A DNA stretch of 64,000 nucleotides from positions 41,788,001 to 41,852,000 of the forward strand of contig OZ336870.1 in the NCBI GenBank assembly GCA_965287045.1. The letters run 5' to 3'. The notes below the pieces were generated by a model that saw only the letters and a program-made list of their open reading frames with translations, searched no databases and was not told where the DNA came from. The stretch comes from Carcharhinus amblyrhynchos. Its lineage: Eukaryota. Of this stretch, positions 1 to 11,329 are shown in pieces; the first letter of the stretch is position 1; the number at the start of each line of letters is the position of its first letter. Position numbers and translations under genes: made by a program.

Positions 1-190
1 AACACAGGCACACTCTCCTCCTTTATATAAGGTCACCACAGACTGCCTTCCATGGACTGGCAAAGACCACAGGAAACCGGAGGCTTCCTTCCAACTGAAT
101 GACTGAGGATGGGACTCTCATACGCCGCTAGGCTATCAAGGATGAAGCAACTCCCTGTGAATGAGAAACTGCATATGAATAAAACTGACA
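1..190 (-). mobile_element. Possible LTR fragment running off the left edge
   Basis: The minus strand begins TGTCAG at 190 and has TATATAAAGG at 29-20. The other end lies outside the window, so the TSD cannot be checked. Confidence 0.3.
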
Positions 191-870
191 AAATGACATT
201 CCTTTCAGAAGGTTTTGCTTTCTGTGTTCATTTGTTTACTTGTTATTTCCAACTTGGCCAGTAGTTCACCAAACTCATGCTGGCTTCCCTCCAGATCCAA
301 TCTCCCACTGCTGGATACTTGAATAACTTCACAACATACTAATCATAATCATCATCAGAAAAGGCTCATATTTACGGCTCAGCTGTCAGATATTTGACCT
401 TTCTTCCTCCTCCAATAGACAACTGCATATTAAGTCGCATAAAAAAATTAAGAACTCTGCTTTAAGACAATGATTTCCTGCAGCTGTCACTCACTGACGT
501 CAATCACAACCTGGTATGTAGGAAAATAATTAAATTGAAGCAATAAAGGTAGGAGATAGATAAGTGGAGGGGACACTGACATTTGCACATTGGCAATCTC
601 ATTTGGTCTCAAAGGTTTAATTCTGTCCCCATCTTTATTGTTTCTGTAATGTCCTAAGTATGTTCGGGGAGGTGAGTTTTAACAAAACTGAAAAGGCTGT
701 GGTTTGCATACGGAGATTCAAACTGGCACATAATAGGCTTTATTGAAAGACATGTTCTCTGCACTGCACAAAGTGCAATGTGAAAGTAAAACAGCAGTCT
801 TGGCACACACCCTGATGACATCACCATTAAATCATGTGATCAGTTGGTAAAAGTAACCTACTGTTCGGAT

Positions 871-990
871 ACACTGAGGGAAAATTTAGTAAGGCCAATT
901 CACTGAACCAGCACGTCTTCCGTGCGGAAACCGGAGCACCCGGAGGAAACCCACGCAGACACATAGAGAATATGCAGACTCCATGCAGAT
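871..990 (-). mobile_element. V-SINE (HE1 body) internal fragment, tail type B
   Basis: ggaaaccggagcacccggaggaaacccacgcagac is the reverse complement of the V-domain. cactgagggaaaattta matches the start of the type-B tail. Confidence 0.8.
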
Positions 991-997
991 AGATAGA

Positions 998-1300
998 GGT
1001 GGCATGGTCACACAGTGGTCAGCACAGCTGCCTCACAACGCCAGGGACCCGGGTTCAATTCCCGGCTTGGGTCACTGTCTGTGCGGAGTCTGCACATTCT
1101 CCTCGTATCTGGCTGGGTTTCCTCTGGGTGTTCCGGTTTCCTCATGAAAGGCGTGCTGGTTAGGTCCATTGGCCATGCTAAATTCTCCCTCAGTGTGCCC
1201 AAACGGCACCGGCGAGTGGCGACTAGAGGATTTTCGCAGTAACTTCATTGCAGTGTTAATGTAAGCTTGCTTGTGACACTAATAAATCAATTTAAACTTT
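998..1300 (+). mobile_element. V-SINE (HE1 body) with tail type B, full length
   Basis: tRNA-like head with A-box-like cacagtggtcagc and B box gggttcaattcc, V-domain gggtttcctctgggtgttccggtttcctc, and tail ...cagtaacttcattgcagtgttaatgtaagc...gtgacactaataaat. Confidence 0.9.
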
Positions 1301-1540
1301 GAATTAGAGATGTTATAATGGGGGTTTGTCTCTGTGACTTGGGAAGGTTAGAATGGGGATGTGTCTTTGAATTAGGGAGGTTAGAATGGGAGAGTGTCTC
1401 TGTGACTTGGGGAGGTTAGAATGGGGATGTGTCTTTGAATTAGGGAGGTTAGAATGGGAGAGTGTCTCTGTGACTTGGGGAGGTTAGAATGGGGGTGTGT
1501 CTCTGTGAAATAGGGAGGATAGAATGGGAGTTTGTCTCTA
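1301..1540. repeat. Minisatellite, 7 units of 33/35 bp
   Basis: The core ttagaatggg (or variant) starts at 1313, 1348, 1381, 1416, 1449, 1484 and 1519. Confidence 0.9.
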
Positions 1541-2683
1541 TATATTGGATGGACTTTTGAGTGGTTGAGGATTTCTCTGAACCTACAAGGTTAAATAAGG
1601 ATGGCCTCATTGTGGACCAGACCTTGTTGTCTGGGATAGTTTGCCTGGGAGGCTGATCACAAGAGGTTCTTTGCAGGGACAACAATGATTTTATTTACTT
1701 GGCTGTTGCACATAGCCTAAATGTGAAGTAAAAATCATTTAAAATTAATACTTTTTGGATCCTCTGGAAAGCCATTCGCCAATGGAGTGGGAAGTATCTG
1801 GAATGTTTTCATACATTCTAAGCATTTCTGCCTACGATTCTGGTGAGGAACAAGATGCGTGATAAATTGTCAGTTTTCCACACATGAAATGGCCACTGTA
1901 ACCATGCAAGATTGCTTTGATCTATCCTTTGGGTATTTAAATACAGGATGAAGGTCTACATCAAAGCTGAAGAGTATGGAAGAGAAGATAACTCCAAAAG
2001 TAGCAATGAGGTGAATTCACACTTTGATTTGAAAATGCTGTAGGTTTTTAAAGGGAAAGGAAGGCTGACGGACGTAATAATGTTCGCAGCTTTAGGATCC
2101 TGTGACAAAATAAGACGAAGCAGAAGATGGTAATCGTCTGAACATTCACAAATTCTCTGAAAACAGTCAGTATCTGACAATGTGTCAATTAGGCTAGCAG
2201 TATGGCCCAGGCTGTCCTAGCAACAGGTCAAATATAGGATTTATTTGTCAGCCACGGTTCAGTGGGCAGCACTTTTGCCTCTGACTTCAAGGTTGTGGGT
2301 TCAAACACCAACCCAGGTATTTTAGCATCACAATGGTTGATATTCCTTTACGGGCTAAAATCAAACTCTACCAGACCATTGTCCTGACCACCCTACTTTA
2401 TGATGTAGAGTCCTGGGATCCACGTCAAAGCTGTCTACCACCAAAGACACCTGAAGTACATCATGAGAATTGATTGGCAGGGAAAAAATCACAAACTGTG
2501 AGGCTCTCCGTCATGCTAGGCTCAACAGCATGTAGACCACCCTCTAGAAAATTCACCTTAGATGGGCAGGCCACAACTCCCACATGGATGAGTACAGAAT
2601 CTCCAAATAGATCTTTTAGGGGGAACTGTCTCACGGTGGTCAGTAACATCAAAGTAGTCAGTAAGAACAACACCCTAAAAGCA

Positions 2684-2965
2684 CAGCAAGGTGGCACAGT
2701 GATTGCTGCCTCACAGTACCAGGCACCCGGGTTCGATTCTGGCCTCAAGTCACTGTCAGGTTGCACATTCTTCCTGTGTCTGCATGGGGTTACTTTGGGT
2801 GCTCCAGTTTCGTCCCACAGTCAAAAGATGTGTGGGTTAGGCCAGGCTAAATTGACATTCGTGTCGAGGTATTAGCAAGGTAAGTATGTGGAGTTACGGG
2901 AATAGGGCTTGGATGGGATTATGGCTGGTGCAGACTTGAGGGGCCAAATGGCACTATAGGTGTTC
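2684..2965 (+). mobile_element. HE1 V-SINE with CR1-type tail
   Basis: ggtggcacagtg...cccgggttcgattc...cccacagtcaaaagatgtgtgggttagg...ggtgcagacttgaggggccaaatggc. Confidence 0.85.
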
Positions 2966-3070
2966 AAAGTTAAAAAAAACTGCAGCCGACCATCCTGTGT
3001 AGAGGTAAGTTCTGAAAGTAGATTTTGCATGTTTCGGTGACCATCTATACCAGACTCACGCAGCATCTAA

Positions 3071-3389
3071 CATGATGTGGAGATGCCAGCGTTGGACTGG
3101 GGTAAACACAGTAAGAAGCCTCACAACACCAGGTTAAAGTCCAACCAGTTTATTTGATAGTAATCCCACAAGCTTTCGGAAACACTGTTCCTTCATCAGG
3201 TGTGTGGAAGGTTCTGATCAGAGAAGGGTATATAAAGTCACACAAAGTCACTGCGTGGGACTTTATATGCCCTTCTCTGATCAGAACCTCCCACACACCT
3301 GACAAGGGAATAGCGTTTCTGAAAGCTTGTGGGATTACTATCAAATAAACTGGTTGGACTTTTACCTGGTGTTGTGAGGCTTCTTACTG
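3071..3389. mobile_element. Penelope-like non-autonomous hairpin element with hammerhead-like cores
   Basis: Inverted arms 3109-3243 and 3255-3389, unpaired 38-bp tail 3071-3108, and ctaacatg repeated at both ends. CTGATGA..GAAA lies on the minus strand at 3171-3200. Confidence 0.8.
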
Positions 3390-4384
3390 CAGCTAACATG
3401 CCCAGAGGAAGGGTCAAAGGTTGAACAGCTGCACAAGTTCCCCCATGCAGCAACAATGCCAGTATGAGCTGCTAGTTCTTTGAACATCCATGCTGATCTC
3501 ATATTGAATTCTTTCATCAGGAGAGGATGGAGTCACTGACAGTTTGCACATAATCAGACAATGAGGAGTCTACGACCAACAGTATTATGGCAAGGTTGCA
3601 CTGTTGAAGGTGCCATCTTTTGGATGAGATGTTAAACAAGCAGCCCTTTCCAATGAATACAAAAGATCCCATGGTGCGACTTTGAAGAACAGGGGAGTTA
3701 TTCCCAGTGTCTCGCCAATACTCATCCTGCAATAAGCATCACAAAAAGGACAGAATATCTGATCATTATCACATTGCTGCTAGTTGAAGTTTGCTGTGCG
3801 CAAATTGGCATCCGTGTTTCCAACATTACATTTCTACCGTGATTCCACCTCCACAGTACCTCATTGGCTGTGAAACACATTGGGAAGTCATTGAGGTTGT
3901 GAAAGGTACTAAAAATAAATGCAAGTCTTTCATTTTTATTTCAAAAGACTGAACAATTGAAAGCTGAAGCCTACAATGTTGTTTCAAACCTGAAGTTAAT
4001 CATTTTTATTTAATCTTAGATCACAAAAAAAAACTTTAAAAGCAGTTCAATTAACTGCAGCACTCTTGTGATTATAGTTGATTTTAGCACACTAAGGATG
4101 CTGGCAGGATGAAGAGTACACACCATTGCATATTTGTAGAATGTCCCTACTGGAAGTGGACAATGTTTTGCCAAAGAGATTATGTATATGAAGGCACAGG
4201 GAAGGCATACGGTTTAATAAATTAAATGCAATTGTAACATCCAACATGAAACATGAAGCTTTACTTTGAATGATCCAGATATCAATGCTAACATGGCTGA
4301 TTTCAGCACAATACCTTGTAAGAAGCTCATTACGGCATTTGTTCTCAAAAGCTTCTTTAATTATTTCTATTTTACCTCTAGATT

Positions 4385-4737
4385 CCCAAAGTGTAGCGGT
4401 AATGCTATGAAGCTAGTAATCCAGCAACCCTGACTGATGTTCGGGTGACATGGGGTTCAAATCCTTCCATGGCAGAATTTAAATTCAATCAATAATTCTG
4501 GAATATAAAGCTAGTAATAGTGACCATGAAAGCATTGTACAAAACTCCCACGAATGTTCCTTTAGTGAAGGAAATCTGTCATCCTTGATTAATCTGGCCT
4601 ACGTGTGACTCAGACCCACAGTAATGTGGTTGACTCGTAACTGCTCTCTGAAATGACTGAGCAAGCCATTCAAGGGCATTAAGGGTGGTAAATGCTGGGC
4701 TTGCCAGCAACACCCACATCCCATCAACAAGTGAAAG
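4385..4737 (+). mobile_element. tRNA-headed SINE, family C (head plus LINE 3' tail)
   Basis: A/B-box-like gtgtagcggt and gggttcaaatcc. It ends caagggcattaagggtggtaaatgctggg...cccacatccc, the tail shared with LINE family X. Confidence 0.8.
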
Positions 4738-5284
4738 TAAGATCAAGCTCCCCCTCAACTTTACTGGCACTCAGCTGTACTTCATCACCACTTCTCTCAA
4801 CTCCTTCACTGCTTCTTTGTTGTCAAGACTGCTAGTATGGCTTCTAGGTCTATGTGAATTGCAATTTCCTCCAATTAAATATCATGTTTTCCATTCACGC
4901 ATGGGATCTGAGCATCACTGGCAAAGCAAATATTTATCGCCCATCTCTAATTATTCTTGAGAATATGGTGAATTGCCTTCTTGAATCTGTGTTGAAGGTA
5001 CTTCCACAGTGTTCTTCAGGAGGGAGCTCAAGGCCTTTGACTCAGCAACTGTGAAGAAGTGGAATAATATTTACAAATTAGGATGCTGTGTCACTTGGAG
5101 GGAAATATACAGGTGATTGTCTTTATATATGCCTTTTGCCCTTGTTCTTCCACATGATAGGGGTCATGGAAGATGCTGTTGAATAAATCTTGATGATTAC
5201 ATTTTCAAGATGGCATACAGTGAAACAGTGCCCAGTGGTGGAGGGAGTTTGAGGCTGTGGAGAGGGTGTCAGTCAAGCGTTTAT

Positions 5285-5995
5285 TTTTTAATTCATTCAC
5301 TGGATGTGGGTGTCACTGGCTGGGCCAGCATTTATAGCCCATCTCTGAGAGCAGTTGACAGTCAACCACATTGTTGTCGGTTTGGAGTCACATGTAGGCC
5401 GGACCAGGTAAGGATGACAGATTTCCTCCTGAACAGACATTGGTGAGCCAGATGGATTTTTCAAACAATCAGCAATGGTTTTGTGGCCATCTTTTTTTCT
5501 TTTAACTCCAGATTTTTATCGAATTTAAACTTCACCGTCTGCTGTGGTGGAATTCGAAGCAATGTGCCCAGAACATTATCTTGGGTCTCTGGATTTCTAG
5601 TCCAGAGACAGTACGGGGCAGCATGTTGGAGCAGTGGTTAGCTCTGCTGCCTCACAGCGCCAAGGACCCATGTTTGATTCCCAGCTTGGGGCACTGTCTG
5701 TGTGGAGTTCGCATGTTCTCCATGTGTCTGTGTGGGTTTCCTTTGGATGCTTTGATTTCCAACCACAGTCCAAAAGATATGCTGGATAGATGGATTGGCC
5801 ATGCTAAATTGACCTTAGTGTCAAGGGGATTAGCAAGGTAAATATGTGGGGTTACAGGAATAGGGCCTGGGTGGGATTGTGGTCGGTGCAGACTTGATGG
5901 GCTGAATGGCCTCCTTCTGCACAGTAGGGATTCTACGATTCTATGATAAAAAACTTAAAAACAAATGTAAATACCACAACGCCACTGCCTCTCCA
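5285..5995 (-). mobile_element. Family C SINE interrupted by an HE1 SINE
   Basis: Tail ggatgtgggtgtcactggctgggccagcatttat at about 5300. The head resumes as aataccacaacgccactgcctctcc at 5970-5994. Confidence 0.75.
5615..5946 (+). mobile_element. HE1 V-SINE, full length
   Basis: Head, V-domain and tail aatggcctccttctgcacagtagggattctacgattctatga. Confidence 0.9.
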
Positions 5996-7051
5996 AGATT
6001 GTGTCAAGCTTCTTCAGTTTTGCATTTTCCTAAATTTCTGATTATTGACAGCAGCTCGGATGTTGGTGGTGTGGTTTAACCATGGCAATACTGCTGAGTG
6101 TCAAGAGGTGATTAAAATCTTTCTTGTTGGCAATGGCCATTGCCTTACACTTGTCTGGTGTAATCATTATTTCCCACTTACCAACCCAAGTCTGAATGTG
6201 GTCCAGGTCTTGCTGTACGCAGGCACAGACTGCTCCAGTATCTGGGGAATTGAACCCTGTGCACTCATCAATAAAAATTGACAACGCAGCTTTAGATGGT
6301 TGAGTCTAGGATTCTGCTCAGTGGAACTCCCACAGCGATTTCCTGGGGCTGAAATGCTCACCTTCCAGTAACCATAACCATTCTTCTTTGTGCTACGTGT
6401 GACTCCAGCCCATGGAGTGCTGTCTCCCTGATTCCAATTGACTTCCATTTTGCGAAGGTGGCTTGATGCCACACTCAGTCAGATGATCCCTCAATGTCAA
6501 GAACAATCACTCTCACATTGAGCTCTTTTGTCCCTGTTTGGACCACATTGAAACCTGGAGATGAGAGGCCCTGACAGAACACAATCTGAGCATCATTGAG
6601 TAGATTATTTCTGAGTAAGGGCTGATGATCGCCATGTCAACAACAGGTTCCATCACTTTGCTGATGATGGGACAGTAATTGACCTGATTGGGTTTGCCCT
6701 GTTTTTCTTTTGGATTGGACTTCCTGGACAATTTCCAATGTTGCCAGTTGTTGCAATGTCCTAACTATATTGAACAGCTCAGCTATAGGTGCGACTAATT
6801 CTAGAAAACAAGTCTTCAGCCTGGACCTGTTCAGTTTTATGTATCCAGCATTCTCAGCCATTTCCTGATGTGACCTGGAGTGAATTGAACTGGCTGAAAA
6901 ATAGTTTTTGAGAGGAAGGCGTGGGGGATGTAATTCCTCAGGAGGATGCCGAAATAGATTATCCCTTGGCTCAGTGAGCCTGCTCCACCAATTAGATTGC
7001 TGCTAATCCTCTACTAAATGCCATTTTCCTGCACTGTTTCCATGTGCCTTG

Positions 7052-7615
7052 ATAGAAACAGAGAAACTAGAAGCAGGAGGAGGCTATTCAGCCCTTCAAG
7101 CCTGCTCCACCATTCATTTTGATCATGGCTGATCATCGAATTCAATATCCTGATACCCCTTCTCTCCCCTATCCCTTGATTTCTTTAGCCCCTGGAGCTA
7201 TAAAATTTCTTCTTCAAATCAGATGTTTTGACCTCACTACTTTCTATGATAGTGAATTTCACACATGCACCACCCTTTGGCTGAAGAAATTTCTCCTCGC
7301 CTCAGTTCTAAAAGATTCATCCCTCATCCTCAAACTAAGACCCCTAGTTCTGGACTCTCCCACCATTGGTAACATTCTTTCTGAATCCACCCTGTCTAAC
7401 CCTGTTAGAGTTTTATAAGTTTCTATGAAATCCCCTCTCACTCTTCTAAAGTCCAAACAATATAATCTTAGCCAACTTAGTCTCTCCTCATATGACAAAG
7501 CTGCCATCCGAGGAATCAGCCTGGTAGACCTTTGCTGTATTCCCTCTGCAGCAAGGAAATCCTTTCTCGGATAAGGACACCAAAACTGCACACAATACTC
7601 CAGGTGTGGCCTCAC
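7052..7615 (-). mobile_element. CR1 (HER1-like) LINE 3' end
   Basis: ORF 7259-7624 reads VRPHLEYCVQFW...YEERL...RGDFIETYK...RNFFSQRVV. The 3' UTR ends in a ttcta-type repeat. Confidence 0.9.
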
Positions 7616-7638
7616 ATTAGTCACCGTAAATGCACTGA

Positions 7639-7897
7639 TTCAATATAATTATAACATTGCAACAACTGACAATATTGGAAATTGTCCAGGAAGTCCAATC
7701 CAAAAAAAGCAGGACAAACTCAATTAGGTCAATTACTGTCCCATCATCAGCAAAGTGATGGAACCTGTTGTTGACATGGTGATCATCAGCCCTTACTCAG
7801 CAATAATCTGCTCAATGATGCTCAGTTTATGTTCTGCCAGGGCCTCTCATTTCCAGGTTTCAATACAACTTTGATCTAATACAGGAACAAAAGAGCT
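7639..7897 (+). repeat. Inverted duplicate of 6521-6774 (LINE family X RT segment)
   Basis: Aligns end to end with the reverse complement of 6521-6774. Confidence 0.85.
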
Positions 7898-8110
7898 AAA
7901 TTATTGAACACGCTCAATAACTGGGCTTCCACAGCCCTGCGAGGTAAAGACTTCAACAATATAAGCAGTAGTCACTCCTCTCAATATTGTCACAAACAGG
8001 TGCATCTGTGACTGGTAGATTTATAAAGAGAGGGGTCAACTAAGGTTTTCTGTTGTGTTCGGACTCTTTCCACCTGTGGCAGGCCCCAAACCCGCAACCT
8101 AGAAGGACAA

Positions 8111-8230
8111 GGGCAGTGGCACAGTGGTTAGCACTGCTGCCTCACAGCGCCAGGGGCCTGGGTTCGATTCCCAGCTTGGGTCACTCTCAGTGTGGAGTTT
8201 GCATGTTCTCCCCATGTCTGCATGGGTTTC
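8111..8230 (+). mobile_element. V-SINE 5' half
   Basis: gtggcacagtggttagcactgctgcctcacagcgccagggg...gggttcgattcc. Confidence 0.85.
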
Positions 8231-8351
8231 GTCCGAAGTAACTGGAACAAAAAGAAAAGCACAATACGGGAACAGGCCCTTTGGCCCTGCAAGCTTACAC
8301 CCATCATATGTTCCTAACTAGACCATCCATTTTTATCCCTCTATTCCCACT

Positions 8352-8459
8352 CAGAGGAAATCCACGCAGACATGGGGAGAATGTGCAAACTCCATACAGG
8401 CTGTCTGGATTCCTGGTGCATGAGGCAGCAATGCTGACCACTGTGCTACTGTGCTGCCC
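8352..8459 (-). mobile_element. V-SINE 5' half, preceded by a minus-strand CR1 tail at about 8245-8350
   Basis: gaggaaatccacgcagacatggggagaatgtgcaaactcca...gaggcagcaatgctgaccactgtgc. Confidence 0.8.
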
Positions 8460-8469
8460 TGCGAGACGC

Positions 8470-8598
8470 GTTACAGGGCAGCACAGATAGACTTCAGCAG
8501 TTCAAAATGCAGCACACAACCATTTTCTCAAGGGCAATTAGGGATGGGGAACAAATGCTGGCTTAGGCAGTATCATATTCCTTGAAATAATAAATAAA
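8470..8598 (+). mobile_element. LINE family X 3' tail
   Basis: cagcagttcaaaatgcagc...ttctcaagggcaattagggatgggg. Confidence 0.7.
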
Positions 8599-8639
8599 CC
8601 ATTGACTACTTCAATGCTTTCACTTTGCAGTCTCCATCA

Positions 8640-8940
8640 ATTTGAACCCTGCTCTTTGAATCCTGACATGCACCAATTAATACTCACCCAGGGACCTCCT
8701 CCTTATTATTGTCCCCTAGTCCACCATCATCTCCATTTCTAATTCTCAGCCTCTGTTAAAATCCCTCTATGGCCTTACCTTTCACTATCTCTTCAAACGC
8801 CTAAAGCCCGACAGCGCTCCAAAAACTCAGCACTCCTCCAATTCTGGCCTTTTGTGCATCTGCCACCCCCCATGCATCACTATTGGCAGCTCCACCTTCA
8901 CCCATCCAGGCCCTGAAACAATCCATTGCTCTCTTTCTCT
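8640..8940 (+). mobile_element. L2 LINE 3' fragment, old
   Basis: aaatccctctatggccttacc...cactcctccaattctggcct...attggcagctccaccttca resembles the L2 C-terminal KSLHGLAP..RSS.SGLL..IGGRAF. Confidence 0.55.
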
Positions 8941-9341
8941 CTCCAACCTTTCATGCTTTTGTTGCTGTCCCAGAATAAAATGGTTAATAAACAGGAGCCG
9001 TGAAGCAGTGCTCACGCAGCATGGTTAGTTTCCATCAGGAGGGCACAGTATCCATTTTTTGACACTGAAGTGAAACCCACATCAGCAAACATGATTAATT
9101 TCCCATTTTTGAATATACAGCAATGACCCTCTTCATTGGGGAACGGTGGATGTTGATTCACAAACACCAGTCAGTAGTTTCTGAGTGTACATTCTCCATA
9201 TCGCCTGGAGCATTTCACTTGAAGAGGGTCATTGTAGTGTGACCAAAATGTTTACCCATTTTGCTTACAGGCGAAGAAAGAAAACAAGCACCTAAAGCTG
9301 GAACAAAAGGTGTCCCACTGCTAAATCAGTGTGATACAGCC

Positions 9342-9537
9342 CCGGTTCCTGGCCTTTTGGCTAAGATGAAGCATTAGATCAAGCCCGGGAGGGGGTGCAA
9401 TGCCTCATCCTGTCAGCTTGGATCTTGTTTGATCAAGCCCAAGATGAGATGCAATGTCTTATCTTGTCAGCTTGGATCTTGTTTGTCCCTCATGGGGAGG
9501 ACTGTGATTGGACCTAAGTTGAATTGGCTTTTTTGAT
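9342..9537 (+). pseudogene. U2 snRNA-derived element or pseudogene with an internal 54-bp tandem duplication
   Basis: ggccttttggctaagat at 9351-9367 is identical to U2 stem-loop I. gtccctcatggggaggac resembles stem IIb and aattggcttttttga resembles the Sm site. The repeat units are 9377-9430 and 9431-9484. Confidence 0.7.
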
Positions 9538-11329
9538 TCAAAATAAAGTACTGAAAGGTACCATTAAAAAAATGATACATCTCCGGTTTGCACCCAAATT
9601 AGCCCTGTAACACAAACCAATTTTGCACCCAGCATTACATAGTGCAAATTATTATCTTTATAGTAATGCTATTAAAACTGGTTGAAAGGCAATGCTTAAA
9701 TGTTTCATAAAGTAACACATTTAGAAGATGGGACGTCTGAGAATAGGATTTAGTTTTAGGAATACTTTTTAACCACCTTTTCTTCATATAGTTGCAAGGT
9801 GAAGAAGATAACAGACCCTTAAGGAAAAAAGATAGATGGAAAATATAAGCAAGTACCTGGCCAATAAGGAATAACCTCCCTCACAGAATTGTAGTTCCCA
9901 CACCAACTAGCAGCACATTGGGTGAAATACTTCCACATTTAACATGGGGTGTTTGAGAATGATAGAGTGGCCGGGGTAATATTAGGGTAATATTAATTTT
10001 GGGATTACCTGAAAACTATATTTTGTGTGACATAATTCACTAATCTCTCACAAACATTGGCAGGTTGGAACTTAAAAAAATACTGGCTAGTTAGCAGTAT
10101 GGAAAACCTTCTAGGGATCCCACAGAAATATGGTAATATTACAATCATGTCGTAAGACTTTAATTTGAAGGGCTGCAGAATTATTCAAATATGCTGCCAA
10201 GTACACTGCAAGCTTCTAGCTTTGCAAATTTTAATCTTCTTTGACTGTTTGTTTGTTACTTAATTATCCTCTGGCAAATAACACAACAACACACAAGTTG
10301 CCCATATGGGGCTGCTCTGATAAAAAAAAACACAGAAAGTCTGTACAGAGATAATGGATATATAAAGCAAGTCAATTAATTAGAATGTAGGTCCATCTTC
10401 CTTGTGTTGGCTTGATGCTTTTCCAAGCAAAGCATTGTGGGATTGCATTACTGTGTTTCCAACAACACAGCTGTAAGGGATTTAAAGTGTAATCTTGAAC
10501 AACAGTGCCTAGACTGTTATCATACAATTAGTTATAAACCCTCAAACTGTCGGTCACCATGCTCGCTGTGTTGACAATCCACAGGGTTTGCTCACCCTCC
10601 ATCTGCAGTTTGTAATGTTTGTCCATTCTCTGGAGTCTGTGAAAATGGGTCTTAGCATGTCGGTAAAACTAAAAATTCAAAGTTGTAGCATCTGTGAAAA
10701 TACACAATCCTATCAGGTAGTATTGCTAGTTATGAGCTTTTGCATAGATAAGGTGCTGTCAAGTGAGCAATCTAGAAATTTTGAAACAAACACTAAAACT
10801 GTATTTTTCACTCCTTTTCTAGCAACTTTTTCTTTCCATCTCATCTCCTATCTAGAAAGTACTCACTCCTTGCCAAGACTTTATTTCACAATGCTTGTGG
10901 GAATTCTGATATATCTACCATCTGGCCATTCTACCTATGTAAGCTTAGGAAATGAGCGTCAACAGGCAATTCAACAGCAAGGCATTATCTATCCATCGTG
11001 TACAAACAGTTCAGACAGAGGGTCACTGGATATGATTTTCTACCTTGCTAACTTGTAGTCTAATTGTAATCCCAAGCTTACACCAGGTAACTCGGTAGAA
11101 AGTAGAACCTGAAACCTAGCTGGTGTGTATGGACCAGCCATTTACTGGATAACTGCCTGAATGACTGAGCGAATACGATGGCTCGGTTTTAAACAGGAGA
11201 CTGATTTCCCCCTCCCCCACAGAAGACATTCATTTTTTCAATTACTTTTCATTAGTTAAATTGAAGAATCACAACTGAGTGGAGGCTTGACACAAAATCT
11301 AACCTTTCAGGTTATCTTTCTCCTTCGTA

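Larger units (their letters stand above)
2347..3579 (+). mobile_element. RTE-clade LINE 3' fragment, degenerate, interrupted by an HE1 SINE and a Penelope-type hairpin
   Basis: With stops and frameshifts it translates to KIKLYQTIVLTTLLYDVESW...HQRHLKYIMRIDWQ...HLRWAGH...IF*GELSHG, typical RTE post-RT motifs. Confidence 0.7.
2251..3935 (+). mobile_element. DeuSINE (SacSINE1-like) split by nested insertions; head 2251-2346, body and tail 3580-3935
   Basis: Head gccacggttcagtgggcagcacttttgcctctga...ggttgtgggttcaaa. Body ...gatgagatgttaaac...aaaagatcccatgg...tttgctgtgcgcaaattggc...ataaatgcaagtcttt matches the recalled SacSINE1/Deu-domain consensus. Confidence 0.7.
4893..6970 (-). mobile_element. 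LINE family X (CR1/L2-group RT), 3' end and RT, degenerate, with nested SINEs
   Basis: Minus-strand ORFs QQDLDHIQTWVGKWEIMITPDKCKAM and VNYCPIISKVME are RT motifs. The 3' tail is at 4893-4990. The element is interrupted at about 5281-5995. Confidence 0.75.

Noticed and set aside
998-1075. tRNA genes at SINE heads
   Set aside because: The A/B boxes run directly into SINE bodies and there is no complete cloverleaf.
1301-1540. CRISPR-like array
   Set aside because: Tandem units without unique spacers, in vertebrate DNA with no cas genes.
3150-3348. Near-identical 64-aa ORFs on both strands
   Set aside because: A by-product of the palindrome, not coding.
9271-9309. 39-nt candidate exon (AKKENKHLKLEQK)
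   Set aside because: The acceptor is good but the donor is weak (GTGTCC) and the peptide is not recognisable.
9342-9537. Functional U2 snRNA gene
   Set aside because: The branch-point recognition sequence is disrupted, there is an internal duplication, and the 3' stem-loops are missing.
9908-9930. TAGCAGCACA, a miR-15/16-like 5' end
   Set aside because: No complementary arm nearby and the rest does not match the family.
10588-11058. 156-aa ORF, and similarly 40078-40572, 28938-29360 and 21848-22285
   Set aside because: No recognisable domain or convincing splice context. Two of them run across repeat boundaries, which is consistent with chance ORFs.
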